Positions 51,940 to 63,700 of a DNA stretch of 64,000 nt are shown piece after piece. The DNA is from Malacoraja senta (Eukaryota): contig CM075990.1 of assembly GCA_038087875.1 (NCBI GenBank), positions 16,122,001 to 16,186,000 on the forward strand, in the 5' to 3' direction. Each line of letters begins with the position of its first letter. Positions within the stretch are counted from its first letter, which is position 1. Made by a program: the position numbers and the translations under genes. The notes beneath the pieces are model-generated. The model was not told the origin of the DNA. It made no database searches and worked only from the letters and a program-made list of their open reading frames with translations.

Positions 51940-52507
51940 AGGCTCTGTCTTACGTGTTTGCGGTCATCGGCGGTGAAGCGCGGCTTCGCCTGTAGAGTGG
52001 ACCGCACGGCAACAGCGAGAGCGCCGAGCCTATGCCACGGGAGCGCCGCACGGATGCTGCGCGGGGGCCGAGTGATTCAAATACGGCTGGTCCCACGTGC
52101 TTGCGGTAAGTAACAAAAGGGCGGGCCGACTGCGATGACGTCGGCCCGCCGCACGTGACTCACTAGCGGCGGCTGTGGCGGCGGCCGTCCTGATCGCGGC
52201 GCTGTAGCGGTGGCTGTGCCGCACACTGCCTCACTGGCGGAGGCTGTGACGGTGCAAGTTCGACGCACGGCGCTCGAGCCACACTGGCGGCGGCTGTGGC
52301 GGCGGCCGTGCCGCACTTGTGCATCACTGGTGGAGGCTGTGCGGTAGGAAAATATTTTTCAACAGTGTAGGTTTTATTTTAGCACCGTGCGGTGTTGGGA
52401 ACAACGCCGCACGGCCCCGGAATTGTGCGTTCTCACGAGTGCGCGGTCTATGGCGGCAGATTCTTCCCGTTTCGCCGCCAATGACCGCAGACTCGTGAGA
52501 CAGGCCT
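51940..52507. mobile_element. CpG-rich PIF/Harbinger-like MITE
   Basis: About 40-bp imperfect TIRs aggctctgtcttacgtgtttgcggtcatcggcgg / ccgccaatgaccgcagactcgtgagacaggcct; TAA and TTA flanks. Confidence 0.75.
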
Positions 52508-55433
52508 TTAAGCTGTAGATACTATTGAATTGGATACTTTATTGTCACATGTGACAAGTCAGTGATTCTTTGCTTGCACACCCAAGGTATGCCAATAGCT
52601 GCCACATAAGGGCGCTGAGAAAGTTACAAAGTATCTCAGGCCGTGTCCTCCTTTGTTCTTTCTCCCCTTCTTGCGCTGGAATACCATATAGTGCATTGTT
52701 ATCGCATGTGAACAAACGAAGGGAGAGGAAATGGCAGCTTAACGTCTGGACAAAATATTGATCCAGCATAACACTTTAAGAAGCAGTGAAAAAGCCAAAC
52801 CCAGAGCTAACCCTTGTATAAATGCACAGATCTAAATGTATTTCCCTCACATGTAATGTTTGCAGTGGGTGCATATATCTCACATGACCAGGGAGAGGAT
52901 GAGAATTTTATACAAACAGATTATTGTGGAATGGAAAGGAGATTTTAAAACTTATGCAGGAGAGAAATAAAGGCATCTTTCCCCAAATCACCTACAACGT
53001 ATTTGGTTGTTTATTTTCCAAATTTGCAAAGGGAAAAAACAGCACAATTTTTCACAGTAGAAATTGGTGACAATTCAAATCGATAGTAGCAGTTCATAAA
53101 GTGAGGGGTTTTCTCAATTAAAGTATCGTTGGTGCTTTCTTCCTCCTGATTTACTAACCCCCAGCGATGTTGAAGCATCACAGCACTATCTTGGCCAACA
53201 ACTAAATGAAAAATGATGGGTTTGTGATTCCTGAGCTCTGTTTGCTTTCAATAAGCTTTCAGGGTCACTTTGAACAGGGATCTGTCTGGTCGTAAAACAG
53301 TTAGGATTAGAAAACGCCAAACCCAGAGCTAACCCTTGTATAAATGCACAGTTAGGATTAGAGCAAAATGAACGAATACATTGAAATAGGAACGCGCTCA
53401 AGTTAAAACATGACCCGACCACAAGCAGACCAGCCCAAACCTGCGAGCTGGACGTTCTTCCCTAGCGAACCAATTTGACCAGTGTTGTAAATATAACAAT
53501 GTCAGACATGCTATAGATCTGTTTGTGGAGTAACGCCGAATGTTAATCAAGAACAGGGACAGTAATGCAGAGGAGATTGCCCAGACCTGGATGAAGTAGT
53601 GAGCAAGCAGGTCCATCACAGTCAGAGCAAAGCGTTTCATTAGAACATTCACCCAACCAGGATACAATAGAGTCGGGTCCCGACTGGCTTGGGCTGGGTG
53701 ACTAGCTCCTGATCGAGGAAGACTTGGTTTCCCATGTTGTTATGAACCGGTTTATGTCTCCCCTTGTCTTGCTCCATGCTTCACCTTACGTGGGTGCAGT
53801 GGTAGAACAGTCCTACTGGCTTTCTTTCTGCATCAGTTTCAATGTCTCGTCGCTCTTAAACGTGGATTTAATTGTTGAGTAAGGTTGTTTTCATCTTTAG
53901 CCTAAATGTCGGTCTATTCCAAATGTGACCCAAGTTTACAGTGAATCAATAGAAATTCTTAGTCGTCATGCACAACGTTCGCCAAAATGGGGAAGAAATT
54001 TGTCATTGGTTGTAAATTTGTGTCTGTGAGGGTGTCAGCTACCAGTTGCACTCACTTCTAGCTCATTCTGCTCCATGCATTTTGTATCCATTGCACAGTA
54101 TTCCAAAGAAGGATTTCTCCTCTCTACACAAGAGCCAAATGGTTACAAATACTCTGGCAAACAGCAATGAATTCTGTTAATGCTCCTTGTCACTTGATGA
54201 GATGTTTCTAAACGTGTTTATTCTGTTTCATCTGTATCTTGCTCACCTGTCTCACTTGGACATGGTTAGCCCACACAAGGGAATAAAGAACCTCAAAAGA
54301 AAGAGCCAGTGTGGACAAAGGTATCTGGACATTCACGACAAAATGTACGTCTAGACTTAAATCCCAACCCAATCCAACCAGGGATTTACACTCTACCACT
54401 TTATTTCTTACACTATCCAAGAGTTTTAAATGTATACCAAAGTCACTCCTGAAAGAAGGCTCCACATCCGTCAGTGTTTTGTTCAAACATTCGCTGTGAC
54501 TGTAATTCCATTCCATCCTTGCATCACTCACTGCACTAAGGCTCCAGTATTAGCCACCCGAGTAGCAGGAGTTGAGGGGAAAAAAATCACAGCATTGCCC
54601 ACCAGTGGTCACTTGCCACTACCTTGTATGTGCCAAAATATGATGGAAATGTAGCATCAACCCGCTCTTATCTAATCCACAGCTACCATCCTTCCTCGGC
54701 TAACCTCTTTCAGACATTGCTGAAATTCAAGAGTTTAGATCTGACCTTCAAGTATTCAATGGGTCCATCTTCCAATGCAGCTGTTCCTCGTGACATCACG
54801 ACTCTCTTCATAAGCAGCTGTCCACCATAAGGAAATCCTGACGTCCGTCAGAGTTTCTTAAAGTGCCCACACCACAAACTACAAGGCCGCTGAGCTTGGG
54901 GCCCTTGCTTGCTTATTGAAACCATTTCCACCCCACGTCCAGTGCAGTGCCTTAATAACTGGGGAGTAGAAACTGACACCAATAGATGGGAACTGTTCAG
55001 ACATAAAACATGCCTCACCCTTCCCCACTTGGCAGTCCATGGAGCCATACGAAGTGATTGTCTACACAATCGTTTCTTTGAGAACTGCCTTTCCTAGTGT
55101 CAGAAACCGTCTGGAAACAAGCTGATCCAACAGGTATTGTTTCATGGTGCCATCTCATTCCAAAAAGACAGTGTCGTTTTTATTTTCCTTAAGTCTGCTT
55201 TTCAACGCAGTGTTCAAATGTATTATAAATGTACCAATCTTCTGTACATACACATTCTCTATGCATTTGTGTTTAAAAAATGCCTAATTCATTGTCAATG
55301 TAATCATTAAAAATTTAAACAATTTCTTGAGTGTGCTTTATTTCAGAAAAGAAAATGCTCCAGATATTCTTGTTTTCCTCATGTGTCGTAAATGTTAACA
55401 AATACTTAGCAGCGGAATCAAAAAATTACAGCA

Positions 55434-55657
55434 AGCTTACACCCCAGCGGTATGAACATTGACTTCACCAATTCCTTGCTTTCTCCGTCTTTCCCCTCCC
55501 CTTCCCAGCTCTCCCACAGCCCACTGTCTCCGCCTCTTCCTTTCTTCTTCCCACCCCCACAACAGTCTGAAGAAGGGTCTCGACCCGAAACATCATCTAT
55601 TCCTTTGCTCCATAGATGCTGCCTCACCCGCTGAGTTTCTCCAGCATTTTTATCTAC
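55434..55657 (+). mobile_element. Penelope-like element 3' fragment with hammerhead motif
   Basis: SLHPSGMNIDFTN, then a pyrimidine tract and ctgaagaagggtctcgacccgaaacatc at 55567. Confidence 0.75.
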
Positions 55658-57100
55658 AGCAAGCTGATAGTTCAGCCCACTCCGTCCATGCTGGTCAACA
55701 TTACATATTGGGTTAATGTTAGTTCCCAGTATTACGTTCAAGAGCCAAGAATGTTAGGGAGGAACTACAGATGCTGGTTGAAACCGAAGAAACACACAAC
55801 ATACTGGAGTATCTCAGCGGGACAGGCAGCATCTCTGGAGGGAAGGAATGGGTGACATTTCACGTTGAGACCCTCTTCAGACAGCTCATGCAGTCTTACT
55901 CCAGCATTTTGTGTCTATCTTTGCCAAGAATGTTTAGTTGCCCGACAACGGAACAATTGAATTCTTACCTGCAGCAGCATAAAAGGCCTGTAAATACAAT
56001 ACCCATAGTAATATATAACAAGCAGAAATACAATCAATTAATAGATTCAGCCTTAAGTTCTAAGTATTAGGTTCAGCATGGTAACTCAGTGTTTGAGTTG
56101 TACAGCAAGGAAACAGGCCCTTCAGCCCACCTTGCACTTGCTGACCAACAACACGATTCCAACCTGCTGTGTTAGGCCCATATCCCTCTAAACCTTTCCT
56201 ATCCATGTATCTGTCCAAATGTCTTTTAAATGCTGTTATTGTCCCTCCTCAACAACCTCCTCCTCTGACTGATTGTTCCATATATCCCCTTCCGTCTGTG
56301 AAAAAGTGGTCCCTCAAGTTCCTATTAAATCTTTCCCTTCTCATCTTGAACCTATGTCCTCTGATTATTGATTCCCCTGCTCTGGTTAAAACTCTGTGCA
56401 TTTACCATATCTATCTCCCCTCACGATTTTCTACACCTCTGTTAGATCGCCCCTCATCCTCCTGCGCTCTAAGGAATAAAGTCCTAAATGCCCCCAACCT
56501 CTCCCTGTAGCTCAGGCCCTCAAGTCCTGGCAACAGGATTATGTTCTCAGCATAGCACCTGCAGCTTATGATTCTACAGCAGCTCATGTAGCTAGTTTTG
56601 AAATGCCTGTCTTGTGCCCTGCTTTTTCACACTTTTACTGACAGCAGCAAACATTTTAAAAATGTGCTGCTTGCAAGAACAACAACAGCAAAGTCAGCAT
56701 TCATGGTGTTATATAATTCAAAACATGATGTAAAGTGTCCGATCAAGGACATTTGATCAGAATCAGATGCACGTTCGTACACACCTTCTATCATCAGTGA
56801 TGCTTACCATCAAGGACTTCTCAGGCCACTCCAAGTACATTCACTAGAGTGGTTTGCCCCTGGTCAAGCACATACACAGCTGCCAGATCAGACCTAAACT
56901 CGGGACCTCAGAATTATGAGGCAATCTCTTTGAAACACATGATTCCAGGAGGATGTGCACCCTCACAGGCTGCTTGGTGTGTAGGAAGTAAATGCAGATG
57001 CTGGTTTATACCGGGAAATGGACACAAAATGCTGGAGTAACTCAGCGGGTCAGGCAGCATCTGTGGAGAAAAGGAATAGGTGGCTTTGTGGGTCAGTCTG

Positions 57101-57654
57101 AAACATAGAAACATAGAAAATAGGTGCAGGAGTAGGCCATTCGGCCCTTCGAGCCTGCACCGCCATTCGATATGATCATGGCTGATCATCCAACTCCGTA
57201 TCCTGTACCTGCCTTCTCTCCATACCCCCTGATCCCTTTAGCCACAAGGGCCACATCTAACTCCCTCTTAAATATAGCCAATGAACTGGCCTCAACTACC
57301 TTCTGTGGCAGAGAATTCCAGAGGTTCACCACTCTCTGTGTGAAAAATATTTTCCTCATCTCGGTCCTAAAAGATTTCCCCCTTATCCTTAAACTGTGAC
57401 CCCTTGTTCTGGACTTCCCCAACATCGGGAACAATCTTCCTGCATCTAGCCTGTCCACCCCCTTAAGAATTTTGTACGTTTCTATAAGATCCCCCCTCAA
57501 TCTTCTAAATTCTAGCGAGTACAAACCGAGTCTATCCAGTCTTTCTTCATATGAAAGTCCTGACATCCCAAGAATCAGTCTGGTGAACCTTCTTTGTACT
57601 CACTCTATGGCAAGAATTTCTTTCCTCAGATTAGGAGACCAAAACTGTACGCAA
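57101..57654 (-). mobile_element. CR1-type LINE 3' fragment inserted into a Penelope-derived repeat
   Basis: MSGLSYEERLDRLGLYSLEFRRLRGDLIETYKI...; flanks rejoin as cagtctg|aagggttccaacccgaaacatc. Confidence 0.9.
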
Positions 57655-58336
57655 GGGTTCCAACCCGAAACATCACCCATTCCTTCTCTCCAGAGATGCT
57701 GCCTGTCCTGCTGAGTTACTCCAGCATTTTGTGTCTATCTTCAGTGTACACCAGCATCTGCAGTTCCTTCCTACATTGTAATTGCATTTAAATTATGATC
57801 ACTGTGGCCCTCTACTGGTAAATCTGAAAATGACCCTGATTGAGATGGGCTTTAAGGCTTTGAAATGTCCTTGCAGTTTTTTTTATATACATGCTAACTT
57901 TAGGCATTTTCTATTAGAAGCTGGAATTTGTAGATAACTTTGTAGTTTCTGCTGGTCTAAAGGAATACCGTCTTAAAATAGTCTCCCTTTGGCACCAGTA
58001 CAATGAAAGGTTGATGCCCCTATTTGCAAGGCAGCCCTGTACAATACATCCATTTAACAATAGGATCCACTCATATATGTCTGACATTTCTGACCTATAA
58101 TGCAATAAATAATTTACAGAATGGGATAAGAGCAGGAGAATGGACCCAAAGAGACTGCTCCACAAGGAGCCAACACAGACTCAATGGGCTGAATGGCCTG
58201 TGCTCTGCTGAAGCAACATTATGACATAAAGTAACCCACTCACATCCCACATCATATTTTAAATGGAATATTTTTTTTTTAATTCAGTAAACATCTTGCT
58301 GAATAACTAAATGGCATAGAGTCCTTCAAAGATTCA

Positions 58337-58442
58337 TTTATTGATATTTTGAAAAGTTAATTTGACACAATATTCACAGACAACATGTTGGTTGGTTTCA
58401 AAACATATAAAGCCACTGATTTGTGATGGTTTTTGTTTTATT
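58337..58442 (-). terminator. Candidate AIFM2 polyadenylation signals (AATAAA at 58442-58437 and 58342-58337)
   Basis: Two tttatt hexamers on + strand, about 130 and 230 nt past the AIFM2 stop codon. Confidence 0.5.
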
Positions 58443-58568
58443 TTATGACACAATGTTATAAACCTATTGCAATTACTTCTTTTACCAGTTCAGGTTGAAA
58501 GCCCCTCACTGAAGTCACTGAATAAGGCTCCTCTCTGTCAAAGGGAAAGATGGGCAGGAACTTGGGCT

Positions 58569-58723
58569 TCAGGGAGGTGCTGTCTGACCCATTTCTTTCC
58601 AGCTTTTCCAGACCAGCAGATCTTTACTTTTGGCCTGCACAACCACAAATTTTCCAACGTGGTATCCATAAAGCTGACCAATTCCATTATCCCGGCCCAT
58701 TGACAGCAGCATCGTGAGGGAAC
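58569..58723 (-). CDS. AIFM2: AIFM2/FSP1 last coding exon
   Basis: Acceptor tcttctgccccAG; (G)SLTMLLSMGRDNGIGQLYGYHVGKFVVVQAKSKDLLVWKSWKEMGQTAPP*; TGA at 58571-58569; all six exon phases are compatible. Confidence 0.95.
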
Positions 58724-58791
58724 CTGGGGCAGAAGATATACCAAAGAGGTGAAGGGTTTCCTAAGCAATGCAATAACCAACCTCAGTCTTA

Positions 58792-59102
58792 AGGGCCTGT
58801 CCCACTTACGCAACCTTTACAGGCGACTGCCGGCACCTGTCATAGGTCGCCGAAATTCTCAATATGTTGAAAATTCAGTGGCGACCAGAAAGACGCTACG
58901 ACTCTTTGGAGACCGCTCACGACCATAGGTGACCTCTCATGACCGTACAGGCGACCCCTGGCGGCATGTCGCGGGTGACCTCGGCTGTATGGTCGTGAGA
59001 GGTCTCCTATGGTCGTGAGAGGTCTCCAAAGAGTCATAGCGCCTTTCTGGTCGCCGGGTGCTGGCAGTCGCCTGTAAAAGTCGCGTAAGTGGGACAGGCC
59101 CT
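58792..59102. mobile_element. 311-bp PIF/Harbinger-like MITE in the last AIFM2 intron
   Basis: About 46-bp TIRs agggcctgtcccacttacgc...; exact TTA target duplication at 58789-58791 and 59103-59105; internal inverted repeats. Confidence 0.88.
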
Positions 59103-59750
59103 TTAGTCTCACTCCTAGAAGCAGGGCTGATCAGAAGGACTTCAGTAAATAGGTCAACAATGAAAACAACAAGATATAAGAAGAGCCAGTCTGAAGAGTT
59201 GTGCAGGAATAACAACTTAGACAGTTTTGCTACAACATCTTCTAAAGAGACCGAGATGGAAATTTTGGGGCTGAAGGCTGCATCAAACGCTATTCTTTGG
59301 AGCTGTGCTAATATATGCGTCACTGTGCTGCCCTTCTGTGCCATATCTTTAACACTAACCAGCGCGGGAGTTACAGGTAGAATGGAGAGTGTCAACAGTT
59401 GTTGAACTGAAGATTTTGATGTTGAACTAATGCGTTAATCTGGCCAAACCCACTCCAAGCTTACAGACTCTCCAATTCTATAACAACTTGCATTCAATCC
59501 CATAAAGATAGGCAAAAGCAAAAATGTTGGGTCCCCCCCTGTAAATCATACCCACTTTCAGTGCTGCCTGTGCTGTTGTAAGCACCTGTCAGGATGGCAA
59601 GGAAAGATTAGGCAAGTCCTTTATAAGGGACACAATGCTCTCAATAAAGCAGACCAGGGCATCTTCAGTTTGCTGGACCTACATGGTATCATAACCCCTT
59701 TTTCCTGCTAAGATTCAAAAGATTTGGCTAAAAATATCTGCAGGGCTTAC

Positions 59751-59951
59751 CTGGTTTGTACATTTTCAGAGACTTTTTACTCAGACTCCTGACAATGTTC
59801 TCCACAGCCACAGCCGCATGTAGTCCCGCATGATAAGCCATTTTAGGCTCTTTGATATCTGCACAGTCACCAATTGCATAAACATTTTCCATCCCACTGA
59901 TCTGCAAGTGCTCATTGACCAGCAGTGCCCCATTCTCTGCAAGCCGATCGT
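59751..59951 (-). CDS. AIFM2: AIFM2/FSP1 exon with FAD-binding GD motif
   Basis: AG/GT flanked, 201 nt; [66 protein letters not shown](G). Confidence 0.96.
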
Positions 59952-60979
59952 CTGTGGGAAGAAAGGTAATCAAAAAACATATTCCAGTCACTAACCTTGT
60001 TTATTTTGGGGACAAGAGTCCAGGTCAAACATGCATTCGATGCAATGGGGGCAAAACAAATCTATAGCTCAGTGCCAGGATCAAAACGCAAAATGGAAAG
60101 AAAGGGAGAGGACGGTTGTTTCTGACACATGAGCATCATTCAGCAAAGTGATAGGAGCAGAATTAAGCCATTCAACCCATCAAGTCTACTCCGTCATTCA
60201 ATCTTGGCTGGTCTATCTCTCCCACCTAACCACATTCTCCTGCCTTCTCCCCATCCGATACATGTGGTGGGGAGAATCCTCGATTCAAACTCACTGCATG
60301 TGGCTGCATTTGGAGGATAGTGTTCAGTTTTGGCCACCCTGCTATGGGAAAGATGCCATTAAGCTGGAAAGAGTGCGGGGAAGATTTAAGAGGATGTTTC
60401 CAGGGCTCGGGAGCCCGAGCTATAGGGAGGGGCTGGGCAGGCTGTGGTTGGGGGGGGGGGGGGGGGGAGAAGGGGCAAGGTAGGCAATCGGTGGAAGCAG
60501 GTGAAGAGGGATGAGCAAGTGGAGCCAGGTTGGAAAGAGCTTACGGCTTCTGCAGTCTGCGATTGTTTCATATTCATGGACTTCAGGTGACTACTCACAT
60601 TTCTCAGAGTTTACCCACTTATCAAACAAGCAAATGATTTATTTTGATTTTTGCTCACACCACAACTTGTTCATATGTTCATTGGAATATTCGTACAAAA
60701 TTAGCAAACAAGGGTTGAAAAATGAACAATTCTTGATTTTCACAAATTGCCTGCGATCTTTGAAAATACAGTTGGACGGATTTATCAATTGGAAGAGTTT
60801 AGCTGTGGGCCAAATGCAGGCAAACGGGACCCGCTCAGTATGGCAACATGGTCAGCATGCACAAGGTGGGCCGAAGGGCCTGTTTTCATGCTGCACAGTT
60901 CTACGACTCTAACCAGAATGAATGGAAGCTTTTAGTACAAGGATTGGATTCTACTTTTGCAGAGTTTTTGCCAACAACA

Positions 60980-61289
60980 GGGCAGCACGGTGGCAGAGGG
61001 GTCGAGTCGCTGTCTCGTAGCACCAGAGACCAGGGTTCGATCCTGACCACAGGTGCTGTCTGCATGGAATTTGTACGTTCTCCCCATGACCTGCGTGGGT
61101 TTTATCCTGGATCTCGTATCCCCCCCCCCACACTCCAAAGACGTACAGGTTTGTAGGTTAATTGGCTTCGGGTAAAAATTGTAAATGGTCTCCTGTGTGT
61201 GCGGGATACTGTTGGTGTGCGGGGATCGCTGGTCGGCACGGACTCGGTGGGCTGAAGGGCCTGTTTCCGCGCTGAATCTCTAAACTAAA
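60980..61289 (+). mobile_element. V-SINE, near full length, in an AIFM2 intron
   Basis: gggcagcacggtggcagag...gggttcgatcc...V-domain...ctctaaactaaa. Confidence 0.85.
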
Positions 61290-61310
61290 GAAGGAGAGAA
61301 TTAAACTTAC

Positions 61311-61463
61311 GGAACGCCCTGGAGTAGGCGGAAGAGTTGACCTTTATCCCAGTACAACAGATGACCAAGTCTGCAGTGATTTCCAGACCTTTGTCCGTCA
61401 GTATCCTCATGTCAGGCTGCGTTTCATTCAGGATGAGGTCGCGCAGATTAGTGACTTTCTGCC
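61311..61463 (-). CDS. AIFM2: AIFM2/FSP1 internal exon
   Basis: AG/GT flanked, 153 nt; QKVTNLRDLILNETQPDMRILTDKGLEITADLVICCTGIKVNSSAYSRAF. Confidence 0.95.
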
Positions 61464-62197
61464 CTATTGGGAAAAAAACACAAAGGATTCACTTGTTTCT
61501 CGATGCAAAGATGCAGTCAAATACACACTATGGGGATAAGTCCTGCTGCCTGTGTGGAGTTTGCACGTACTCCCCATGCTCCAGTTTACTACCACATCCC
61601 AAGGACATGCTGGTGGGTAGTTTAGTGTTGGTCACTGTATAATGCCCCTTGTACAAGGGTGAATGCTACAATCGGGGGGGGGGGGGGGAGAATAAAACGT
61701 GGGTTTAATGCAGGATTAGTGTAAATGGGTGGTCTATGGTTGGTACCGACTCAATGGATGAAGGGCCTGTTTCAGTGCTGTATTACTATGACTATAACTC
61801 AATCACAAGGATGTTGCCAGAATTTTATACACTTACACGAGGGAACATGTCAGGGGGCGGTGTCGGGGGGAGGGTGGGGGGCAGATTGTGCCCCTCCCAC
61901 CGCCAAGTATAAGTGGTAACTAATAACATTAAAAATAGGCACTACTGGAATCTGGACTGACTCCACGATGGTGGAGCTGCTGCCTCGCGGCACCCGAGAT
62001 GCAGGTTCAATCCCGACCCTAGGTGCTACCGGTGTGGAGTTTTCACGTTCACATGAGGTCCAACCCCCCCCGTCCCGTGCCGTGCCGGCCGCTCCCCCGC
62101 CAAGTAAATTCAATCGCTATTTTCAAATAAGCTGAGATAATAAGGGTTTGCCATCCCCCACCCCCGCATAATCTGGCCAAGTCGTTAGCCAATGTAC

Positions 62198-62306
62198 CTA
62201 ACTGAAGCTGAACTCCTTTCCCCAGTAGGATCTCTTTCAACCCTTGCCTTACACTCGGCAAGAGCTGGTCATCAGCCAGAGGAATCTTGGAATGAACCAA
62301 GGTCAC
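62198..62306 (-). CDS. AIFM2: AIFM2/FSP1 internal exon
   Basis: AG/GT flanked, 109 nt; VTLVHSKIPLADDQLLPSVRQGLKEILLGKGVQLQL(G). Confidence 0.95.
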
Positions 62307-63136
62307 CTGGAAATAAATTAAGAAGAAAAAAAAAAAGTTCTGGTTGTGAAAGAACAGAAAACACGAGAAGAATAGGAGCAGGAGCATGGTCTCACATGCC
62401 TGTCCCACCTTTCAATATGATCATGGCTGGTCAAAGCTGGCCCCAACTCATCTTCTCCACCCGTTCCCCACAATTCCTCAATCCTTCAAAGATTGTATTT
62501 GAACCTCTGACGTTGTGAGGCAGCTGCATTACCAGATGTGCCACTGCGTTGCCCATCTGTGCCACTGCGCTGCCCATCTGTGCCACTGTGCTGCCCATCT
62601 GTGCCACTGCGCCCCTCCAGTCTTATGTTAACATTGACCACCATCTACTCTGAAGAAGGCTGCCAACCCAAAACTTCACCTATCCATGTTCTCCAGAGAT
62701 GCTGCCTGACCCACTGAGTCACTCCAGCACTCTGTGTCCTTTTGGGTAAACAAGCATCTGCCGTTCCTCGTTTCTACATCTAAACCGTCGCCCACATCTC
62801 TATTCCAGATTTCTCCCCCATAATACAATCTGTCTGAAGAGGAGTCCCAACAATGGGGACTGGACTTTGTGCCTTCCCTCACAGTGGGGACCATTGTGGG
62901 GGGATGTTTTTATGTTAAATTCCTTTATAATGTTATGTTGTATTCTTATTAATGTGCTGCAATGGCAACTCGAATTTCACTACAACAATTGGTGTATGTG
63001 ACAATATATGAACCTTTGAACTGAAATATCACCCCATCTATGTTCTCCAGAGATGCTGCCAAACCCGCTGAGTTACTCCAGCACTATGTGTTTGTCCATT
63101 GTAAACACATATCTGCAGTTCCATGTGTCTACTCAC

Positions 63137-63229
63137 CTCTTTGGCAGGATAATCGGTTTTGACTTCTGCTGCCATTTCCACCCCCGCCGATCCACCTCCA
63201 ACCACAACGATTCTTGGAGCTGCCCGTAT
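63137..63229 (-). CDS. AIFM2: AIFM2/FSP1 exon with NAD(P)H-binding GxGxxG motif
   Basis: AG/GT flanked, 93 nt; [31 protein letters not shown]. Confidence 0.96.
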
Positions 63230-63236
63230 CTGCAGA

Positions 63237-63700
63237 GAGGAAGGATGGCGCAAAGCTGAAAAGAGCGCAGCGAAGATTTACGAGGATGTTGCCAGGACCC
63301 GAGGGCCTGAGCAACAGGGAAAAGTTAGGCAGTTTGGGACTTTATTCCTTGGAAGCCGAGGGGTGATGTTATAGAGATGTATAACATCATGAGAATAGAT
63401 GGGGTGAATGTAGGAGAATCAAAAACAAGAGGACATATGTTTTAATATAATTTATATACATTTCATATAAAGCTGAGGGGCAACTTTTTCATGCAGAGGA
63501 TGGTGGGTGTATGGAACGAGCTGCCAGAGGAGATAGTTAAAGCAGATACTATCACAGCATGTAAAAGGCATTTGGACAGGTACATGGATAACAAAGGTAC
63601 AGAGGGTATGGGCCAAACATGGGCAAATGAGACTAGCTCAGATGGGGCATCTTTGTCAGCATGGACAGGTTGGGCTGAAGGGCCCATGTTCTATGATACT
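63237..63700 (+). mobile_element. Degenerate CR1-type LINE fragment abutting an AIFM2 splice acceptor
   Basis: aggaaggatggcgcaaagctgaaaagagcgcagcgaagatttacgaggatgttgccagga corresponds to CR1 [16 protein letters not shown]; later MVGVWNELPEEIV. Confidence 0.8.

Noticed and set aside
54208..55097. Several 60-107 aa ORFs in repeat-poor intergenic DNA
   Set aside because: No recognisable homology or consistent exon structure.
58937..59405. Overlapping 152-aa and 115-aa ORFs in the last AIFM2 intron
   Set aside because: No recognisable motif, partly within the MITE, and no supporting splice structure.
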